Below are positions 26,685-30,590 of a stretch of DNA of 30,590 nt, one piece after another. The stretch is from Promethearchaeota archaeon. Its GTDB lineage: Archaea; Asgardarchaeota; Lokiarchaeia; Sigyniarchaeales; SOKP01. The DNA is taken from NCBI GenBank assembly GCA_048940925.1, contig JBHLOC010000047.1, positions 4,909 to 35,498 of the forward strand, in the 5' to 3' direction. Under the pieces are notes generated by a model that worked only from the letters and a program-made list of their open reading frames with translations, was not told the origin of the DNA and made no database searches. Position 1 is the stretch's first letter, and every line of letters begins with the position of its first letter. The position numbers and the translations under genes were made by a program.

Positions 26685-28544
26685 TTAGTAAATCTCCTTA
26701 ATTGTCCATTCTAATCCGAGTTCTTTTAGTTTCTCTTTAGTTGGCTTTCCAGTCTCCTTATCCCACCCACGATAATCATAATAAGCATCTAAAAGTGGAT
26801 CTAAATTTACTGTTTGTCCTTTAGCAGGACCTTCAGGCATTGGTTCTTCCAATAACCGAGCTGGAAGTGTATCATCTGCTCTAGTAATCCCTTCTCTCAC
26901 ATTATATACTCTCACAAGATTATATAACCTCTCTCCCGTTTTAGCAAACTCTTGTGCATTAAAATCATATCCTAAAAGTTTTTGAATAAGTGATGCCCAA
27001 TCTTCTGAAGTTAATACCATTCCCATAAATTTACAGCCTCCAATAGCATCAAAAATGCCAAAAGCATCTTCAAATTCTTTGACAACCTTAGTGTCTTCTG
27101 GATTTTCTGAAAGAGAATCTCCTACTTCAGCATTTTCTACAATCATAAAGGGCATTGATAAAAAAGCAGGACCTTCTATATATCCTGTAATATGACAACC
27201 TCCCCGATTTGCTGTAGCATATGCTAATCCTGTGATTTTAGCAGCTCTACTATCATAAGCTGGAAGTTCTAATCCTTTAACATGCATAGCAAATTTTTCA
27301 GATCCTTTTCCTAACTTTTTTGCCATGTTTCTTGTTCCTTCTGCAAGTAAATCACCAATCCCTTCTCTTTTACTTATTAAAGCTATTAAATCTACAACAA
27401 GATCTGCATTTCCAAAATTAAATTCAAGACCTCCGGTGTCTTCTTTAGTTATTATTCCTTTTTCAAAACATTCCATTGTAAAACCAATGGTATTTCCTGC
27501 AGAAATAACATCAAGTCCATATTCATTACAGAGGAAATGCGCTAAAGTAATTGCTTCTAGGTTATCGATACCACACATAGTCCCAAGAGCTCCAAGTGAT
27601 TCATATTCTGGACCTTCTCCCGAACTTTTATATTTTCCTTCTTTAATTTCAGCGAGTCTTCCACAAGCTATTGGACAAGCAAAACAAGGTTTACGACCTG
27701 TGAGGATTGTTTCATTAATTGCTGATCCATTTATTTTATCAGCTGCTGGAAATACTCCCGTTTGCCAGTTATTTGTAGGTAACCCCCCCTTCACATTGAC
27801 CAAATCAACCATAGTGGCAGTCCCGAAAACTTCAAGAGTCATTTTCAATAAACTTTGATTTACCCAATCATATCTTTGTTTTGCTTCTGCTTTATATTCA
27901 TCTGGGTTCGCTACTTCAATTTTAGCATCGCCTTTTGAAGCTATTGCTTTAAGTTTCTTAGAACCCATTACTGTACCCATTCCACATCTTCCTGCAGCTC
28001 GCCCATAATTAGGTTTATCACAATCATTCATTATTGCTGCATATTTAACTAGATTTTCTCCACCTATACCTATACACGATACATTGAATTTATCACCGAG
28101 TTCTTCTCTGATCAATCTTGTAGTTTCCGAAGTATTTTTACCCCACAAATGTGAAGCATCTCTAAGCTCTGCTTTTCCATCTTCTGTTACAAGATATACT
28201 GGTTTAGGGGAAATTCCTTCAAAAATTATGCCATCAAAACCTGATCTCTTAAGATCACGACCCCAGAAACCAGCAGAATTTGCTTCACCCCATATCATTG
28301 TAAGAGGAGACTTCGCAACAACACTATATCTTCCAGTACTAGGAGATGGTGTCCCTGTTAATGGTCCAGTCATAAAAATTAATTTATTTTTAGGCCCTAA
28401 AGGATCAATTCCTTTTGGTACTTCATCGATTAAATATTTAGTAGCTAATCCTGAACCCCCCAAATATAGTTTCAATGTTTCTTCATCGGGAAATTCTTCA
28501 CTAATTTTTCCATTGTTTAAATCCACTCGCAAAATCTTTCCCAT
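26685..28544 (-). CDS. aor: Tungsten-type aldehyde:ferredoxin oxidoreductase family protein
   Basis: GKILRVDL, KSPLT, AAGRCGMG.VMGSK.LKAI, [4Fe-4S] CFACPIAC plus distal GGCKF, GPEYE, GLDVIS, RGGCH, YYDYRGWD. The true start is probably ATT at 28556. Confidence 0.95.
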   Translation of the reverse strand: MGKILRVDLNNGKISEEFPDEETLKLYLGGSGLATKYLIDEVPKGIDPLGPKNKLIFMTGPLTGTPSPSTGRYSVVAKSPLTMIWGEANSAGFWGRDLKRSGFDGIIFEGISPKPVYLVTEDGKAELRDASHLWGKNTSETTRLIREELGDKFNVSCIGIGGENLVKYAAIMNDCDKPNYGRAAGRCGMGTVMGSKKLKAIASKGDAKIEVANPDEYKAEAKQRYDWVNQSLLKMTLEVFGTATMVDLVNVKGGLPTNNWQTGVFPAADKINGSAINETILTGRKPCFACPIACGRLAEIKEGKYKSSGEGPEYESLGALGTMCGIDNLEAITLAHFLCNEYGLDVISAGNTIGFTMECFEKGIITKEDTGGLEFNFGNADLVVDLIALISKREGIGDLLAEGTRNMAKKLGKGSEKFAMHVKGLELPAYDSRAAKITGLAYATANRGGCHITGYIEGPAFLSMPFMIVENAEVGDSLSENPEDTKVVKEFEDAFGIFDAIGGCKFMGMVLTSEDWASLIQKLLGYDFNAQEFAKTGERLYNLVRVYNVREGITRADDTLPARLLEEPMPEGPAKGQTVNLDPLLDAYYDYRGWDKETGKPTKEKLKELGLEWTIKEIY

Positions 28545-28742
28545 ATAACCGTAAATTTTAATTACACCTCTATTTTAAATTCGTTTAAATTGTACTTTTT
28601 CCTAATAATTAATTTAAATAATTAATTAATCTTATTCCCTTAATTATAAAACAATTTCTATTTTTTACATTAAGGAAGATAAGACTAAATTGGATAAAAA
28701 ATCAAGAAATTTAATTATAAAAGTTAGAAAAAATATAATTAA

Positions 28743-29885
28743 TTAAACACCAATTCCTATTGAATTACCTATTCCTGCTATAATAACTTTTGTGCCTTTT
28801 TCAGTGCGCCTTCGAATTGCCATCTTGATTTTGTCTACAAAATTTGGCACACTCTGAGTTATTGGTCGTTTCATAGTGGTTATAGCATCTTCTAATGATT
28901 GTTTGCAGATAAGTGCATCAATTGGAATTGACTTCCCTGTTGAGGATTCTTCGATATAATGCTTTTCAATACCAATACCTCCTATCGCGGCACCAACGCC
29001 TACTGCGATGGAACCTGTTTTATCACCAGTAAGTTTTAAGCCGGCATCTATCATAATTATTCGAGAAACTTCATCTCCATGTTCTTCAATAAGCTTTTTT
29101 ATAACTTTCCCAGGTTTTCCAACGCTTCCTCCAGGACCTTTTGCTCGAACAACATAAATAGTTCTATCTTCAAAAATGACTTCTTGGACAATTGTATCTT
29201 TAATTATTTCATTCGCTTCGACTTCTCCATTTGATACTTCTCTTATGAAACTTGCTACTACTAATGGTCCTAAACCATCACCAATGGGACTTCCTTCTGC
29301 AAAAGCTTTAGCTGCTTGAAAGTACGCTTTAGCCATGGTGAGTATTAGACCTAACTGCATAGCTATCTGTAATAATAAGATCATCGATTTTGATTTCTTA
29401 CCGAGTATTAAATAATGTCTGATTAACCTATAAATAGTATCGATTGCCATTGTTGCTTCTAATAAATTCTCTAAGTTGTATCTTTGCACACTATCGGCTT
29501 TTGGTGCTAAAAGTGCAACTTCTTCTCTAAATCGATCATCTCTAACATCTACAACATGGTCAAATTTTGGAATAATACCATAGGGATCAAGTGATACTGG
29601 AGCAATAGTAACAAAAGTGATAAAATCTTCGAGTTGTAACATTAAATCTTTTTGCGTCTTCTTTTGATCAGCAAATTCTTTAAAATTATTAATTAAGATC
29701 TCTTTACACTCGTCATTCCATTTTTTTAGTTTTTCTAATCCCATTTGTATATCTCTAGATGCTTTCCAACCTTGAATCTTCTGTCCATAAAAAATACTTA
29801 CAAAAATAAGTATGAACCATAAAAGTTGGATAATTAAACTTATCGGATCAGTTCCGGTACCGCCAAATTGAAAAATATTAAACAT
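28743..29885 (-). CDS. DUF1512-family membrane-anchored archaeal protein
   Basis: N-terminal TM (ISLIIQLLWFILIFVSIFYG), PVSLDPYGII, PIGDGLGPLV, AKGPGGSVGKPG, IIMIDAGLK, GIGNSIG. Confidence 0.85.
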   Translation of the reverse strand: MFNIFQFGGTGTDPISLIIQLLWFILIFVSIFYGQKIQGWKASRDIQMGLEKLKKWNDECKEILINNFKEFADQKKTQKDLMLQLEDFITFVTIAPVSLDPYGIIPKFDHVVDVRDDRFREEVALLAPKADSVQRYNLENLLEATMAIDTIYRLIRHYLILGKKSKSMILLLQIAMQLGLILTMAKAYFQAAKAFAEGSPIGDGLGPLVVASFIREVSNGEVEANEIIKDTIVQEVIFEDRTIYVVRAKGPGGSVGKPGKVIKKLIEEHGDEVSRIIMIDAGLKLTGDKTGSIAVGVGAAIGGIGIEKHYIEESSTGKSIPIDALICKQSLEDAITTMKRPITQSVPNFVDKIKMAIRRRTEKGTKVIIAGIGNSIGIGV

Positions 29886-30006
29886 TTTAACCCAAATCTT
29901 AAACTTAAAATTGAAAACTTTTATCTATTATAAGTTTTATAATAAAAAAATTTATTTATTTTTTTCTATTATAAAGAATAGATAACAAGATAGTACAACA
30001 TTCTCC

Positions 30007-30426
30007 ATGATTGAAGAAGAAGACGATGAGGAAATTTTAAAAAAAGGAGTCACCTTTAAAAGTGTCCTAAAGAATATCCTATTTATATTTTTAATTATTT
30101 TAGGAGCTCTGTTTATTTATCTCAATATTGGTCCTGATCAAATAACAAGCTGGACTATTGGGATTATATTAATATGTTTTGGTGCTACGTTGATTCAAGT
30201 ACAAAAAAGTCCTCCAGAACCTATCAGACAAACACTAACTATTTTAATCTGTAATTTATGCGGCATCACTAAAGTAAGGAATTATGAAAAAGGAGATTTT
30301 GTTTTTGAGAAAAGAGATAAATGTAATAATTGCAATGAATTAATGGAAATTAAACAGATTTACTCTGTAAGATTAAAAAGACCTACTGAATCTAGCAAAA
30401 CACCAGAGAAAAAACCCAAAGGTTAA
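30007..30426 (+). CDS. Hypothetical two-TM membrane protein with a C-terminal Zn ribbon
   Basis: Two hydrophobic segments (ILFIFLIILGALFIYL; WTIGIILICFGATLI), then CNLC...RNYEKGDFVF...CNNC. Confidence 0.85.
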   Translation: MIEEEDDEEILKKGVTFKSVLKNILFIFLIILGALFIYLNIGPDQITSWTIGIILICFGATLIQVQKSPPEPIRQTLTILICNLCGITKVRNYEKGDFVFEKRDKCNNCNELMEIKQIYSVRLKRPTESSKTPEKKPKG

Positions 30427-30471
30427 GATTTGTAAGATTTTTTATTTCATGTTTTTCTTAATTTTTAAGGA

Positions 30472-30590
30472 GTGATACATATTCTTAGTCAAGTTGGATT
30501 AGGGGGAACATTTGACCATCTCCATGAAGGTCATAAGTTTCTATTAAAAACTGCTCTCTCTATTTCTGAAAAAATTGTGATTGGTTTAAC
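30472..30590 (+). CDS. coaD: Phosphopantetheine adenylyltransferase (archaeal/eukaryotic type), 5' part, truncated by window edge
   Basis: Reads (VIH)ILSQVGLGGTFDHLHEGHKFLLKTALSISEKIVIGL, with the GGTFDxLHxGH nucleotidyltransferase motif. Start is GTG 30472 or ATT 30481. Not in the ORF track. Confidence 0.8.
   Translation, partial: MIHILSQVGLGGTFDHLHEGHKFLLKTALSISEKIVIGL

Noticed and set aside
27325-28548. 177-aa and 154-aa plus-strand ORFs
   Set aside because: Antisense to the well-conserved aor gene, with no recognisable motifs.
29914-29985. Several short inverted repeats in the DUF1512 divergent gap
   Set aside because: Nearly all A/T and overlapping; not distinguishable from background by eye.
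1-30590. tRNA, rRNA, SECIS elements, riboswitches, IS elements or integrases
   Set aside because: Intergenic regions are short and very AT-rich with no GC-rich stems seen, and no ORF has transposase or integrase motifs. A covariance-model scan would be needed to exclude small RNAs.

Overview
AT-rich, gene-dense archaeal chromosomal segment. It is most consistent with an Asgard archaeon (Lokiarchaeia-like). That is an inference from the archaeal RadA, DUF1512, AOR and PPAT genes, GGTG(A)-type ribosome-binding sites, a Vps29-like gene, two SCP2 genes and a long 23-aa LRR protein. There are 22 complete CDSs, 2 edge-truncated CDSs and one glycosyltransferase remnant. Gene order: radA (unusual Zn-motif/acidic N-terminal extension), divergent PGI-like protein, aspartate kinase, LarA-family protein, GT2 remnant, U32-family Fe-S protein, histidine catabolism (ftcD convergent with hutU-hutH-hutI), 23-repeat LRR protein, Fe-ADH divergent from an SCP2-like gene, tyrS/acyl-CoA synthetase alpha/Vps29-like cluster, ppdK, aor-fadD-SCP2-HAD cluster, DUF1512 divergent from a membrane Zn-ribbon gene, and the start of coaD. 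I saw no tRNA, rRNA, CRISPR array or mobile element. The best leads are: (i) a candidate SCP2-assisted long-chain alcohol/aldehyde to acyl-CoA module with a perfect 22-bp operator-like palindrome; (ii) repeated candidate ATT start codons; (iii) several eukaryote-like proteins (Vps29, RadA with a Rad51-type Walker A, HIAQ-type TyrRS). All family assignments are from motif recognition by eye; no searches were run.
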